DNA of 64,000 bases from Gemmatimonadota bacterium (lineage in GTDB: Bacteria > Gemmatimonadota > Gemmatimonadetes > JACCXV01 > JAHWKZ01). The number at the start of each line of letters is the position of its first letter. The stretch's first letter is position 1. The DNA lies in assembly GCA_035524965.1 (NCBI GenBank), contig DATLFH010000088.1, positions 33,433 to 97,432 of the forward strand. The letters run 5' to 3'. The notes below the pieces were generated by a model, which did not search any database, had not been told where the DNA came from, and saw nothing but the letters and a program-made list of their open reading frames with translations. Shown one piece after another: positions 63,843-64,000 of the stretch. The position numbers and the translations under genes are program-made.

Positions 63843-64000
63843 GCCCGTTCGTCCGCGGGCCCGTCGGGTGGGTCGAGGTGATCTGCGGTCCGATGTTCAG
63901 CGGGAAGTCGGAGGAGCTGATCCGGCGCCTCAAGCGGGCGGGGATCGCCCGCCAGCGCGTCCAGGTCTTCAAGCCGGTGGTGGACGACCGCTACGCCGAA
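63839..64000 (+). CDS. tdk: Thymidine kinase (partial, runs off the window)
   Basis: [21 protein letters not shown]...FKPVVDDRY. Confidence 0.93.
   Translation, partial: MSPFVRGPVGWVEVICGPMFSGKSEELIRRLKRAGIARQRVQVFKPVVDDRYAE

Overview
High-GC (about 70% in core genes, by eye) chromosomal window from a diderm bacterium. The LpxC-FabZ fusion, McsAB-ClpC operon and kinase/cyclase-TolB-TPR style receptor suggest Gemmatimonadota or a related FCB-group lineage; this is inference, not a database result. Most of the window is a densely packed plus-strand core: secDF, rpsT, trpS-scpAB-rluB, an ECF sigma/anti-sigma pair, a TonB receptor plus apbE, prfB (programmed frameshift)-lysS-lolCDE, mcsA-mcsB-clpC-bamA-skp-lpxD-lpxC/fabZ-lpxA-lpxK, nadB, a glutamate dehydrogenase gene, rlmH, thrS, infC-rpmI-rplT-pheST-zapA-6S RNA-ymdB-tdk. 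A lower-GC accessory zone (41.8-48.5 kb) surrounds tRNA-Ala(CGC). It contains a 3.9-kb element bounded by a perfect 47-bp tRNA 3' duplication, with arm-type-like repeats but no integrase. The strongest candidates for undescribed biology are: (1) scattered bacterial-microcompartment parts, namely an orphan pentamer gene coupled to cytidine deaminase and a class II aldolase with a C-terminal encapsulation-peptide-like helix; (2) a bacterial EgtD-EgtB fusion in fungal Egt1 domain order with an altered methyltransferase pocket, 30 bp from a divergent betaine-type ABC importer; (3) the integrase-less tRNA island carrying a membrane receptor cyclase; (4) lysS apparently starting at a CTG directly after the in-frame prfB amber stop; (5) tandem D-T-T motifs in a periplasmic SecD insertion that resemble Bacteroidetes O-glycosylation sequons. 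No CRISPR array, rRNA or transposase was seen. All family assignments are from motif recognition by eye.
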